The position numbers and the translations under genes are program-made. Under the pieces are notes generated by a model. It was given only the letters and a program-made list of their open reading frames with translations. It ran no database searches and had not been told where the DNA came from. Shown in pieces: positions 25,601-37,493 of a DNA stretch of 64,000 nucleotides; positions within the stretch are counted from its first letter, which is position 1, and every line of letters begins with the position of its first letter. Source of the DNA: Chiloscyllium plagiosum (lineage: Eukaryota); NCBI RefSeq assembly GCF_004010195.1, contig NC_057718.1, positions 19,668,104 through 19,732,103 of the forward strand, read 5' to 3'.

Positions 25601-25914
25601 CAGGAAAAGCAGATAGATGTGGTAAAGTGAGTTTCAGCCAAACGTTAGCAGGTCCTGGATAAATAGCTAGAAATTGGCAATATATTCCCCCTTGAGGAAT
25701 GGTCGGACATAGCCCCATAATCCAAATCTCATTAAGGCTCCAAACTGCCACGATGCTTGGATGTCTGAATATATGACAGATCATTCACTAAAGGGTGGGG
25801 TAGCTGCAGCATCAATAGATTTGGGAGCAGACAACTTATTAAAATAAAACATTTTAAACTAATAGACAAATTGAAATACCTACTTGATGCATACTTAAGA
25901 ATTCATTGAGTTAA

Positions 25915-26036
25915 TAGGTGCATAACATGGTTACTGGAATAGGGTAGGGTCTGGATCTGGGTGGGATGCTCTTTGGAGGGTCGGTGTGGACTGGATGGAC
26001 CAAATAGCCTGCTTCCACACTGTAGCGATTCTATGA
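25915..26036 (+). mobile_element. HE1-type SINE 3' fragment
   Basis: ctgggtgggatgctctttggagggtcggtgtggac...cttccacactgtagcgattctatga. Confidence 0.75.
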
Positions 26037-26387
26037 TCTGTGAACACTTTTCATTTCCTGAAGCACTGCACTTTGATTCACAAGGACTCATTGACCTCTT
26101 TGGTCTTCGTTTCAATTCCCCTGTGACACACTGGTTTGGATCCTGCAGTCCCAATATCAGGGAAGCAGTTGCAGGCTGCCTGAAAGGATTCCATGCCAAT
26201 GGCCTCACCAACACCTGCCAGCATGTAAACTTGGGCTCACTGCAAATATTGGGGTTAATCTAGGGCGATGAGGAATGCTGAGGAATGCAAACCTGGTGTA
26301 GGGCCTGCTGAGGAATGCAAACCTTTAAATCAATAGAAGGTCCATAATACTCTTAGCACAGCCTCCCACAGCAATTCCTCAGTCCTG

Positions 26388-26479
26388 ATGTGTATATATA
26401 TGTGTGCGTGTGTGTGTGAGAGAGAGAGAGCGCGTGTATGTGTGTGTGTGAGAGACAGTGTGTGTGTGTGTGTGTGTGT
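26388..26479. repeat. Compound (TG)n/(AG)n microsatellite
   Basis: Directly visible dinucleotide tracts. Confidence 0.95.
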
Positions 26480-27261
26480 TTGGGGGTGAGGAGTGATGTT
26501 GAATGGTACCTCAAGTGGATCTTCAACTGAAAGTTTTATAAACTTTATTAATTTTCTTCCAAATAAAGAACATCTCCAGATTGTGACATTAAAGGACACA
26601 TGGTCTCAGTGGAATTGTATCTTGCAATTCAGCCTCCCTATTCACTTCACCAATGGATCCAGGCTAGAGCTGGGACAGCAGTCAATTGGAAAGGTAGGCA
26701 CATTAGTTTTTAATTAAGTTAGTAGCATGCACTTCTGCTTCACTGTTGACCTGCACAATCTGGGCCATTGTTTTTTCTTAAAAACCTTTTAAAAATATGT
26801 GGCATACATGTTTACAGAGTTTTCTGTTGAAGAAGGAGGACCAGCCCAAAGGAATGCGGAGTATCTGTGAACATATACACCCTCATCTCTAAATAAACAC
26901 AGAGGAGATTGAAAACTATAAAGCTATGGGTAATTTACAGTTCTAAATCATAAGCAGGCAAGATGTTCCAGTCGCGCAGCACACTCGTGAATGCAGCATT
27001 TAGATTTTTGAGACATTTAAACCTCAGTCCAGGGAAAACATGGGGGCACAGGGGCTGGAGTTGTCATCTGCCATTAACCTTTTTTCGCACTTTATTGTGG
27101 CTGGTTTAAGCATGGCACTGTGATAACCCAACCAACGTAGTGGTTGTCTAGTTCTCAGAGAGAACAGTGGCAGAGAGGAGCAGTGAACTTGGGCAATGAC
27201 AGCTCAAACAGACAAGTCAGATGGAAGCTCCACTATGTGCACAACGCTATAGGATACTGAC

Positions 27262-27459
27262 CTTCTCGTTGTTGTCTGCATTCTCTGTTTGCCCATTTCC
27301 ATAAAGCCTGGCGTACAACTTCCAAATCTCAGCATCGTTGGTTACTTTAGAAGTCACCCTACCAAAGAGCTCCCGTAGTTTTCCTGTCAATATTGTTGCA
27401 GAATCCCCTTTGCAATCAGCAATCCCTTCATCCACAGCTCGCACCAGGATTTTCAGAAT
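27262..27459 (-). CDS. TTC27: TTC27 (tetratricopeptide repeat protein 27) internal coding exon, 198 bp, phase 0/0
   Basis: The minus strand reads ttttag|ATT...AAG|gtcagt and encodes [66 protein letters not shown]. This closely resembles the recalled vertebrate TTC27 C-terminal region (LKILVRAV...[30 protein letters not shown]). Confidence 0.93.
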
Positions 27460-27508
27460 CTAAAATGAACATGACAAGAGACTTTAATTTATGCTTAAAG
27501 AACACTTT

Positions 27509-27945
27509 TGAGATGTTAAAGGGTTAACTTGTTCTGCTGACATGTAAGAAATTGGATGTCTGGGGGTGTTTTTTTGTCTTGCAGGCAGGATATGACAATC
27601 TAATCATACTCTGTAAATGCCATAGTTTTAAGGAATAACTTAATCACACACTGTCTCTGGAAATAATCTAATCATTTTACATTGTTTTTGGGTGGCTTGT
27701 GACTATGGGGGAGTGGCAGGGGGTGGTGTCTTGTGTGCATGACTGACTGATGTAAAATCCTGTATAAAGGGTGGATGGTTCACTTGTTCAGGAAGCCTTG
27801 TTTGTCACGCTCTGCAAGCATAGAGAAGAGTGTTAAGTGATCCTCCAAAATCTTGTACCTGCTGAAATAAATTGTGGCTGTTCACAGAAGTTGGCATATT
27901 GCAGATGCATTAAGTGTATAAGAATCTCTAGAAGGGAACCTAACA
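27509..27945 (+). repeat. 5' LTR of the ERV (about 437 bp)
   Basis: TG...CA termini, TATAAA at 27763 and AATAAA at 27866, immediately followed by tt + PBS. The left boundary is inferred from the TSD. Confidence 0.75.
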
Positions 27946-27947
27946 TT

Positions 27948-27965
27948 TGGTGACGAGATTGGGAT
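27948..27965 (+). promoter_or_regulatory. Primer-binding site, tRNA-Ser(GCU)-like
   Basis: TGGTGACGAGATTGGGAT matches the complement of the recalled tRNA-Ser(GCU) 3' end, TGGCGACGAGGATGGGAT, at 15 of 18 positions. Confidence 0.7.
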
Positions 27966-28384
27966 TCCAACGTATAAGGAGCTTCTAGGCAGACTGAGTA
28001 AGTGATTGCCTGTATGACGGTAACATGAGATGGATGGCCCCATGAGGTAAGATTTACCTTGATGTCTCTCACTAACCTATCACTCAATCGATCCCTCATC
28101 CCCTAGAACTTTGTAGTGACAGAATCTTTGAGATAACCTATTCGCTTGTACACCAAGTTCATCCCAGGGAGGTTAGAGATCCCCTGGAATTCGAAGGTTA
28201 GAATCTTCTAATAGTGGGGTTTGAGGCCCTGAAACATAGTAAGTAAGATAAAGGACAACTACTGTGTCTGTCTCAATCACCCTGCCTTAGACCGTTTGTT
28301 AAGAGGGGAAATCCCCCACAGGAAGATCAGGACCCTGAATTGGGTGTGGAGACTGAGGACCCAGAACTAGTATATAGAGATAAG

Positions 28385-28771
28385 ATAGGAAGTTGAGACT
28401 TTAAAAATGGGACCCCTTTGCATCGGTTATGCTGGGGTGAGCCCCAAATTGAGGAATAGTTCAGGTGCCTGTCAGGATGTTTAAATAAAAAACTGGGAAA
28501 TGAAATTTGGCCGATGAGAGGAACTTGGGACATAGATAACTATTTAAAAGTAGAAGCAGCAATTTGGAAACACAACATGGGCACGAAATGGAAAACATTA
28601 ATGTCCGCATTGAGAAAGACTGCTGAGGAAAGAACTAATAAATCTAAACAGGCCAGCTGGGATGTAAAAGAGGGATTAGAGTGTGTGATCATGAGGGACA
28701 GCCTAAGCCTTCGAAGTCAGTATGGGGATTATAATTTGAGTAGAGAAAAACAGGAAAAACTGAGAAAGTAA
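28385..28771 (+). pseudogene. ERV gag matrix-domain remnant
   Basis: One frame reads (I)GS*DFKNGTPLHRLCWGEPQIEE*FRCLSGCLNKKLGNEIWPMRGTWD. The TPL and WPxxGTWD motifs are typical of class I retroviral MA. It contains in-frame stops. Confidence 0.65.
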
Positions 28772-28891
28772 AGATAAAATAAGGAATCAGCGTTGAAACG
28801 CCAAGCTGGACTATTGAGTGGGAATAAAATGGAGGTACCTCCTGACATGTATGGTTTGCCAATAATGTTTCAAAATAATGACACTGATGAC

Positions 28892-29328
28892 CAGCTATGG
28901 TCACAATGCGGATTTCTGACCTCCTGAGGGACACCTATTCAGAACTCACTACATGTCCAAAATCTCCTCAAAGCCATCCTCCTCCCCAAGTAGTTGGTCA
29001 TAATCAAATGTGCTGCTCATGTAATGGACAATATGGACATCAGCACTGGCAATGCCAGAGCTGATCGAGCTGCCAGAGACGCGGCAACAGCCCGCAATTC
29101 TACTGTGTGTTCTATAAACCGACAGGCGCTAAATCGATCACCTGCCTCCAAAACAACAGACATACCAGACATTGTCACTGTGCAGCGTCTACCCCGACCC
29201 AGAAAAACAAATATGGAAGATGCATGGTTGTTCGCACTCTGCGTCGAAAGGCCTCTAGATCATTCCAGTTGGTCAAGTGCGTATACCTGATGCGTTGCTA
29301 CCAATGCTTACTGACTGTCTTCATACTG
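28892..29328 (+). pseudogene. ERV pol remnant (RNase H C-terminus and start of integrase)
   Basis: QLWSQCGFLTS*GTPIQNSLHVQNLLKAILLPK*LVIIKCAAH...STGNARADRAAR, then after a frameshift GQVRIPDALLPMLTDCLH. This is the class I retroviral RNase H signature. Confidence 0.85.
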
Positions 29329-29744
29329 TAAGAATCTCAAGAAAGGAACCTAACACTTTTGGTAAAGATTTCAGAGAGCGCAATGATGTAAACATGACAT
29401 TTGGACTCAGGGATCATTACGCCAACAAGAGGCAAAACAAAATCCTGTCAAGAGCCTTACATATAAGATTTATTTTTATATTGCTACTTCTCTCTTCTTT
29501 TTGAAAGCTTTGACTTCTCATGGGTTGCACCACTCTTAGTCACGCTCCAATACCTCATCAGGGTGAACATTTTACATTTGCACAAGTCTGGTTGGGTGAG
29601 TCTCCGCAGCTGGGTTAACCTCCAACAGCTCTTGAACCGTAACCAATGGCCTCTCTCACATACAACCAGGCAGGAGCACAATGGAAAATAATTGTCAGCA
29701 GATATGCTCAACAATTTTTGTTTCCTTGTTCCCGAAAATTGAGA

Positions 29745-30350
29745 TCAACAGCTGCATTCCATGCCACCACTCTGACTGAGATCACCTAATTCTGGACCCC
29801 TGCAGATGCATGATTTTAATAGTTCCACAACTGGCAATTGCGCCTTTGATTGCCTGGGCCACAGACTCTGGAATTGGATTGCTAAATCTCTCTGCCTGTT
29901 TTTATCCTCAGAACCCACCTTTATCATGAAATGTTTTATGATGTGTTCTAAAACAAAGTTTGGGAGAAGATTTGTAGCTCGGGTGCTCGTTGTTGTGGTT
30001 CTGTTCGCCGAGCTGGGAATTTGTGTTGCAGACGTTTCGTCCCCTGTCTAGGTGACATTCTCAGTGCTTGGGAGCCTCCTGTGAAGCGCTTCTGTCATGT
30101 TTACTCCGGCATTTATAGTGATCACTATAAATGCCAGAGGAAACATCACAGAAGCGCTTCACAGGAGGCTCCCAAGCACTGAGGATGTCACCTAAACAGG
30201 GGACGAAACGTCTGCAACACAAATTCCCAGCTCGGCGAACAGAACCACAACAGTCTTCTAATACCTCATGACAGTTTGTGTGATAATGTGCCTATGAACT
30301 ACCTTGTGACATTTTATAATGTTGTGGTATAAATAAATGGAAGGTGCTAC
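29745..30350 (+). mobile_element. L2 3' tail interrupted by the Penelope palindrome
   Basis: gcctttgattgcctgggccacagactctggaatt...ctaaatctctctgcct; the tail resumes at about 30260 (gtgtgataatgtgcctatgaactaccttgtgacattttataatgtt). Confidence 0.55.
29955..30252. mobile_element. Penelope pLTR-derived fold-back element (palindrome 29991-30252)
   Basis: Two 131-bp arms in inverted orientation with no spacer, a hammerhead motif in each arm, and a single-copy tail at 29955-29990 that resembles 7012-7045. Confidence 0.85.
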
Positions 30351-30633
30351 TGTTACTAACCATTCCGTGGGAATCAAGCCCTCTTAATCAACTTACCACA
30401 ATGATGCACAGGATGAAGATGCAGTATTCACACTTTCTTGGGAGTTTAAATGGACCAGCATCAACCATAGTATTGTTATGAGGATGGGGTTAAAGTTAAG
30501 TTACCTGCTACACAAGTGACTCAGCTTATGACCTCTGAAAGCCTCTCCACAAGACTCAGATGCATTTGGATACTTACTACTTATGTGGATGTGCCAGCTA
30601 GAACATCATTCAACATCAATCAGGACTGTGTAA

Positions 30634-30953
30634 TTAGATTAGATTACTTACAGTGTGGAAACAGGCCCTTCGGCCCAACAAGTCCACACCGAATCCCCGA
30701 ACAGCAACCCACCCAGACCTTTACCCCTACATTTACCCCTTCACCTAACACTATGGGCAATTTAGCATGGCCAATTCACCTAACCTGCACATCTTTGGAA
30801 TGTGGGAGGAAACCGGAGCACCCAGAGGAAACCCATGCAGACATGGGGAGAACATGCAAACTCCACACAGACAGTTGCCTGAGGTGGGAATTGAACTCGG
30901 GTCTCTGGCGTTGTGAGGCAGCAGTGCTAACCACTGTGCCACCGTGCTGACCC
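30634..30953 (-). mobile_element. HE1-type SINE
   Basis: Full head, core and (aatct)n tail. Confidence 0.9.
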
Positions 30954-33716
30954 GTGTACTTGACTGGCACCTTGCAATTCTACTCAATATCAGTGACACT
31001 GCATTCATAATGGGACTACACGCAACTAACCACACTTAGTTAAAAATCCTGACTATCTTGACCTGGAAATATACTGCCATTCTTTCAGGGTTGCTGGAAT
31101 CTTAGAGAAGTCCTGGAATTCTCTCCCTAATGGCATTGTGGGTCTGCCTACAGCACACACTCAAGAACGGAGGTCTCCACTACCTTCACTGGGGCAACTA
31201 AGGGTGACTAATAAATGATGGCAAGCTAGCGAAGTCCATGTCCCTGAGTGAATAAAAAAAAATGTTTTTAAAAAGCCTTTTTCCTTTGACTTTTGCTGTT
31301 GCAATATCATCCGAATATCATCACATGAACATTCTCCCTTAAGTCATAAACTGTGCTGAGTTGGAAAGAAAACATGGTTCCTTCAGTGCTACTGAAGGGT
31401 CAGTATACACTGCAAAAGCAACATTACCACAAAGACTGCAACATGCAACAGACCCAGGAGGTCGACAGTATCACTTTGCAACTTCCTACTTTATGGATAT
31501 ACCAGGATTAAACCATTTATAATTACTGGTCTCACTGCATTTAAAACAGCAAAAGACGATGAGAGATTTGACTGATCGAGCATATCACGCTACTTTTGAG
31601 AGATCATTACCTTCTGAGGGAAGTTAGGGATTGGAAATAAATGCTGTCATCTCGAGAACAAAATCAAACTTAGATTAATTTTATAATTGGTATTAAAAAC
31701 GCAAGCTGCCAAGAGAAAACAGCTTGTAATCTTGCTCCTGATCTGTTGGAAGATGCAATGCTTGCAGACAGGATTGAAGTGGAATGGGATGCACCTTACA
31801 CCTTTTCCAGCTGGTTCAGTGTTCCACCTCACAAATGAGAAACAGCTATCTCAGTAACATACTGTACTGGAAGGCCACCGCTGTTTGCAGAATTCAATCC
31901 AAGCATGATCTGCCCCCTTAAAGAGAGGGCAGACAGAGGAACCAAACTAAAGCAAGGGAAATCTGTTAGGCTGGAACTGGTTATACATAACAATACAGTA
32001 CAGCAGAGAAAAATGTTACTTCTGCACGCAAGTGATTTAATAAGTCTTGCATTCAAACTCTTGATCTTTGACTTTATCCAAACTAATACAAATGAGTCTT
32101 TGCATGTGGTTTTTACTGTCCCCCAATGAGCAATATAAAGGCATTTTTGAAAAAGCATGAACCAACACTGAAGAAACCACATGCAAAAGGCCACTAATTA
32201 ATTTTTACTGGTTATCCAGACATATTAATCCTATAATGAGTACGTTTTACTCTAAAGCTTGGAGCAGCTGGGGCAGTAAAGATCCCTGACTGTACACATG
32301 TACAAGGTTTAGTCAATGTCTTTAATTCATATGTAGTAGCCACTACTCGAAAGGAATCATAAACAATTATAAATGATAAAATATCTCCGCGTTAAACTTT
32401 AAATAAGCTCATGAATTGGTTGGTTTATTAAATGTACTATATGGTGTGAACTTCGTCACATAATTTATTCTTGTATCATCAAAAATCTGGAGTCATAAAG
32501 ACTGCAGAGACAATGTACAAGTCAATATGTGAAGTCTTCGAGAATCTTGTGAATCAACTTAGACGGCCAGTATACAATACAATATACTGGTGTGGATGGT
32601 CACCATTTAAATGTGATGGAAGTGCACAACATCGCTAATTCAATTAAATGAATGTGGCATGGTTTTCTGAATGAATGATTTATACAAAGGTACTTTTGAC
32701 TACAAACAAAGAGCTTTAAAAATGGCAAATTCATTGTGCTTAGTATTTGTGCTAAGAATTCACTGAATTCATTGTGAGTCACCAGATTTGGTGTTTTCAC
32801 TTTGAGATAGCATCGTTCCACTTCAAGTAAGCTTTCTCTTCCACCTTTTTTGAATCATCTGCCAATATTTTGTGCACTAATAACAGCTCATGATTTGATA
32901 ATGCAACTGTATAAAACAACAAGTGGAGGGAGGTACATGTACTACCACTTTTTGTGAAGGCCTTTTGCCCAAAGGTTCTTGTTCCATTCAGCTTAAACAT
33001 GATCCTTGGAAGGCTTGGTGACCCACATCTCCAAAGGTCGAATATTGAGTGCGAGATGCCCCTCCTAAATAGCTGCAATGTGGGCATCATTTCTTCACAG
33101 GCACCTCCTGATCTCATCAGTTAAATGGAGTCTGAACATGCCCCGGATTAATAAGCTGCATCCTTTACATATGCCACTGGGATCCTACTCCACATAGAGT
33201 TCACTCCATCCTTACCCAACTGATTATAGACATGGGCCTACACCCAAACTTTGCAGGGAATTTGTTGTTTAGCATGGTTTTAATGCTGATAATAGGCTTT
33301 AACTTTGTTCCATTGGTCATGAGGGTTACTACCACCATGAATCTTTGTCATTTTCACTAGAACTGTTTTTTGCTCCATTCCATTCTGTAGCTTGGCTGTT
33401 GGACACGATTAAATTCTAGACCATATCACGCATGTTGCTGACATGACTTAATGGTTACTTGCGATTCCCCTGCTGACTGCTGGTGAAATGATGGAAAACT
33501 GAAATTTGACAGAGGGGGCTTTTGCTATCTTCTGTTGGAACACTTACTGTCTCATTCTATAAAGGGGCGAAAACAACTAGTCCTTGGTCTGAAGTTTTTA
33601 CTGAACTTAAGGTTTAGTTTGGTCCACTAAAGTCCACTTACATGTCTATATACCTAATGCACTTGCTGGGATGATGTAATCACTTGGATGAATTTTGAGC
33701 ACCCATTCCAATATGT

Positions 33717-34140
33717 ACGTGGCTCAGTGGTTAACGTTGCTGCCTCACAGTTCCACAGTTCCTCACAGTGTCAGGGACCTAGGTTTGATTCCAGCCGAGG
33801 GTGACAGTCTATGTGGAGTCTGCGTGGGTTTCTGAGAGGTACTCTAGTTTCTTCCCACAGTCCAAGATGTGCAGGTTAGATGGATTGGTGATGCTAAATT
33901 GCCCACAGTGTCCAGGGATGTGCAGATTAGGTGAATTAACGATGGTAAATGCAGAGTTACAAAGACAGGGTACAGACTGGGTCTGGGTGGGATGCTTTTT
34001 GAGGGGTTGGTGCACACTCAGAGAGTCAAAGTTATACAGCACAAATTCTTTGGTCCAACTCGTCCATACTGACCAGGTATCCTAAACCTGATGGGTCGAA
34101 TAGCCTCTTTCCACATTGTTGGGATTCTAAGATCAGGCCA
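33717..34140 (+). mobile_element. HE1-type SINE with an inverted CR1-tail fragment inserted at about 34020-34090
   Basis: gtggctcagtggttaacgttgctgcctcacag head and core, with the tail resuming at 34090. Confidence 0.8.
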
Positions 34141-34769
34141 TGATTTGGTTACTGCCCTGATGGTGCATTTGGTCTTCTTCAGGACAGACTATCATTCTTC
34201 CATTCCTACACCAATTTTCAGGAACATAAATACCCTTTCCCTCATTTCAGCAGAGTTACTTGATGAGCTAGCAAATGTTTTGAATTTTACTTTGAAACCA
34301 ACTTTGTACTTTTTTTTGCTAGAAGAACCTAGCCATGCAACATGTCTTCATGTGAGTTTGTCTTAAATTCCCATGTATCATCTTCACAAAGCAGGCTCTA
34401 TTACCTGCTTGGTCCCATACGTGCTGACTCGCAGAAGCAGCTAAGTAAAACATGAGTTTACTCACTCTGAGGTGAAAAATTGAGGCGAACCACTTAGGCA
34501 AATATTGCATTCTTTTCCATAGCTGAAAAAAAGGGTCAAACTAATACAAATTGTACATAGAAGCATAATTTATGGCATTAAAACACTGGGGTAATCTTGT
34601 ATGTCATGTCGACTCGTGCCTCACAATCTATGGCAGGGGATTATTAACGGCTATCTAATAAGGGCTGCAAATGAGATACATCAACAGTCACTATTTATAA
34701 ATAAACATAAAATTATTAGCAACAAAGAAAATAATTTAAGTTTTAAAAGTGCTCTGGTTTATTAATAAT

Positions 34770-35285
34770 TTGGAGGTGATGGTGTTGGACTGGGGTGTAC
34801 AAAGTTAAAAATCACACAACACCAGGTTATAGCCCAACAGGTGTATTTGAAAACACTAGCTTTCATAGCACTGCTCCTTGTTCAGATGGTTGTGGAGAAT
34901 AAGATCGTAGGACACAGAATTTATGGTAAACGTTTACAGTGTGATGCAACTGGAACTATATATTGAAAAAGACCTGGATTGTTTGTTAAGTCTCTCATCT
35001 TTAAGAATGACCATGTTGGTTTCAGTTCTTTCATATGTAAATCCCAGAAGTTTTTTTAAAGTTACATTCTCAAGTGAACTTTAACAATAAGTTCCATGTT
35101 AGTTCAGATCACGCATTGGAGGTGTGAGGCGCCCTGTGTGAGGCTGTCATTGCCCCAATGTTCAGACTGATTCTATTTCTAAGAAAAGGATTTACAGAAT
35201 CTTACATGGATTCATGAAGTTTTTGAGCAAAATAAAATGCAACTCTGCAAGTACAAATTCACCCCACAAACTTGTGTGTATATGT
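34770..35285 (-). mobile_element. Penelope-derived non-autonomous element (second pLTR family)
   Basis: The end sequence matches 41450-41570 in reverse orientation, and there is a decayed hammerhead motif at about 34855-34890. Confidence 0.65.
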
Positions 35286-35286
35286 C

Positions 35287-35297
35287 GGGGGGGGGGG

Positions 35298-35328
<31 letters not shown>

Positions 35329-35342
35329 TGTGTGTGTGTGCG

Positions 35343-35372
<30 letters not shown>
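35287..35372. repeat. poly-G / (GA)n / (GT)n compound microsatellite
   Basis: Directly visible. Confidence 0.95.
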
Positions 35373-35373
<1 letters not shown>

Positions 35374-35466
35374 TTGGGTTTATGTCACACTACAGGTGAC
35401 CCCACTGCACTACTCGTCAACTTTTTGATCTACTTCTATCCTTTTCCATCAATAGTTTAAAACTAA

Positions 35467-36725
35467 TAGAATTATGGTCGCTGGCCCCAAAGTGCTCCCC
35501 CACTGACGCCTCAGTCACCTGCCCTGCCTTACTTCCCAAGAGTAGGTCAAGTTCAGCACCTTCTCTAGTAAGTACATCCACATACTGAATCAGAAAATTT
35601 TACTGTACACACTTAACAAATTCCTCTCCATCTAAACCCTTGACACCATGGTAGTCCCAGTCTATGTTTGGAAAGTTAAAATCCCCTACCATAACCACCC
35701 TATTATTCTTACAGATAGCGGAGATCTCCTTACAAATCTGTTTCTCAATTTCCCTCTGACTATTAGGGGGTCTATAATACAATCCCAATAAGGTGATCAT
35801 CCCTTTCTTAATTCTCAGTTCCACCCAAATAACTTGCCTAGATGTATTTCCGAGAATATCCTCCCTCAGTACAGCTGTAATGCTTTCCCTTATCAAAAAT
35901 GCCACTCCCCCTCCTCTCTTGCCTCCCTTTCTATCCTTCCTGTAGCATTTGTATCCTGGAACATTAAGCTGCCAGTCCTGCCCAGCCCTGAGCCATGTTT
36001 TTATAATTGCTATGATATTCCAGTCCCATGTTCCTAACCATGCCCTGAGTTCATCTGTTTTCCCTGTTAGGCTTCTTGCACTGAAATAAATGCAGTTTAA
36101 TTTATCAGTCCTACCTTGTTCTCTGCTTTGTCCCTGCCTGCCCTGACGGTTTGACTCGCTTCTGTTCTCAACTGTACCTGTCTCAGATGGATCTCTTTCC
36201 TCACTACCTCCCTGCGCCACCCTCCCCCACCCACCTTACTAGTTTAAATCCTCCCGAGCAGCTCTAGCAAATCCCCCGGCCAGTATATTATTCCTTCCAA
36301 TTCAGGTGCAATCCGTCCTTCTTATACAGGTGACTTCCACCCCAGAAGAGATTCCAACAATCCAAAAGTGTGAATCCTTCTTCTGTGCACCAGCTCCTCA
36401 GCCATGCACTCATCTGCTCTATCCTCCTATTCCTGCCTTCAGTAGCTCATAATACCGGCAGTAATCCAGATATTACTACCCTCGAGGATCTCCTTATTAA
36501 CTTCCTGCATAACTCTCTATACTCCCCCTTCAGAATCTCATCCTTTTTCCTTTCTATGTCATTGGTTTCAATGTGTATAATAATCTCTTGGACGTCCCTC
36601 TCTCCCTTGAGAACATTCTGCACCCTCTCTGAGACATCCTTGATCCTGGCACCAGGGAGGCAACACAGAAACATCGAGTCTGTGCCTCAGATTGGAGAGT
36701 CCCAACACACAATTGAACGTTCCCA
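35467..36725 (-). mobile_element. CR1 LINE 5' fragment: ORF1 SGNH esterase and ORF2 AP endonuclease
   Basis: ORF 36447-36674 gives CLPGARIKDVSERV...IHIETND (esterase). ORF 35600-36220 gives YFSARSL...YRKDR...GGGVA...YYRPP...GDFNFPNIDW (APE). Confidence 0.92.
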
Positions 36726-37069
36726 TTGAATGTGATTTGTAAGATAAGGTGTTTCTTTACAATTTTCCTCTTGACAACTGAAAACCCAATTCTTTAATTT
36801 CTTTTAAACTGAAGCACGAATTAATACAGTGTGTGGTGTCAAGCTGTGGATAATGGCTAGCAACGTAGTTGACTTCGAGTGCGATCCCAGATCTTCAGAT
36901 TATTGTCCTCTGTGGAAGGCAGTTTCTCAAGAAGAACTAAAGAGAGCTGTCAAAAGAAAGTGGCTTCTGCCAGCATAAGCAAACAATCTTCCTGTCCAAG
37001 CTGTATTAGCATTATTCACCGAAACAGAACTTGCCCAGAATCTGTGCAAATTGCCACAGTGAAACCAAA

Positions 37070-37255
37070 ATCATAGAATTAATAGAATTGTTACAAGCAC
37101 AAAAGGTAGCCTTTCGGCCCATTGTTTCAGTGTCAGCACTCTGCAGGAGCACCTGAACTTGACTCACTCCTCTGCCCTTGCCTTGTAGACCTTGCAAATT
37201 TTCTTTTTTCAGGAACCTATCCAATTCTTGCTTTACCATCAGAATTGAATCTGTT
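37070..37255 (-). mobile_element. CR1 3' tail fragment
   Basis: KQELDRFL motif followed by a 3' UTR ending (ttctatga). Confidence 0.6.
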
Positions 37256-37335
37256 CATAAGACTGATGTGACATGAAACGTATTTTAGAATGAAGGAGCA
37301 CATGCTAATGACAGCTGATTCTGCTTGGGTAAATA

Positions 37336-37493
37336 CAGAACAACCTCGATTATCCGAACGAGACGGGAGGGGAGTATTTTGTTCAGATAATTGAGAGTTC
37401 GGATAACAGATAGCGTTTCTATGGGACCACGAGATCTTGCTTGGATAATTCGAAATTCATATAATTGATATTTGGATAATCGAGATTGTTCTG
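37336..37493. mobile_element. Tc1/mariner superfamily (pogo/Tigger-like) MITE, 158 bp
   Basis: TIRs cagaacaacctcgattatcc / ggataatcgagattgttctg, a TA target duplication on both sides, and internal ttcggataa subterminal repeats. Confidence 0.85.

Larger units (their letters stand above)
27509..29355 (+). mobile_element. Internally deleted class I (gamma/epsilon-like) endogenous retrovirus
   Basis: 5' LTR, PBS, a gag matrix remnant, an RNase H / integrase-start remnant, and the last 27 bp of the LTR repeated at 29329-29355. A 4-bp TSD cttt flanks it (27505-27508 / 29356-29359). Confidence 0.85.

Noticed and set aside
26268..26325. Short repeat tgctgaggaatgcaaacct x2 with a spacer (CRISPR-like look)
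   Set aside because: Only two units, in a vertebrate intron with no cas genes; it is a local slippage duplication.
27543..27550. Alternative LTR start at tgtaagaa (27543), which also matches 29327-29334
   Set aside because: This boundary gives no TSD, whereas 27509 gives cttt on both sides. It is not fully excluded without other LTR copies.
30516..31035. Recurring ORFs such as LAWPIHLTCTSLDCGRKPEHPEETHAD (also 2215, 37457, 45886, 47369, 61386)
   Set aside because: These are translations of HE1 SINE copies, not a gene family.
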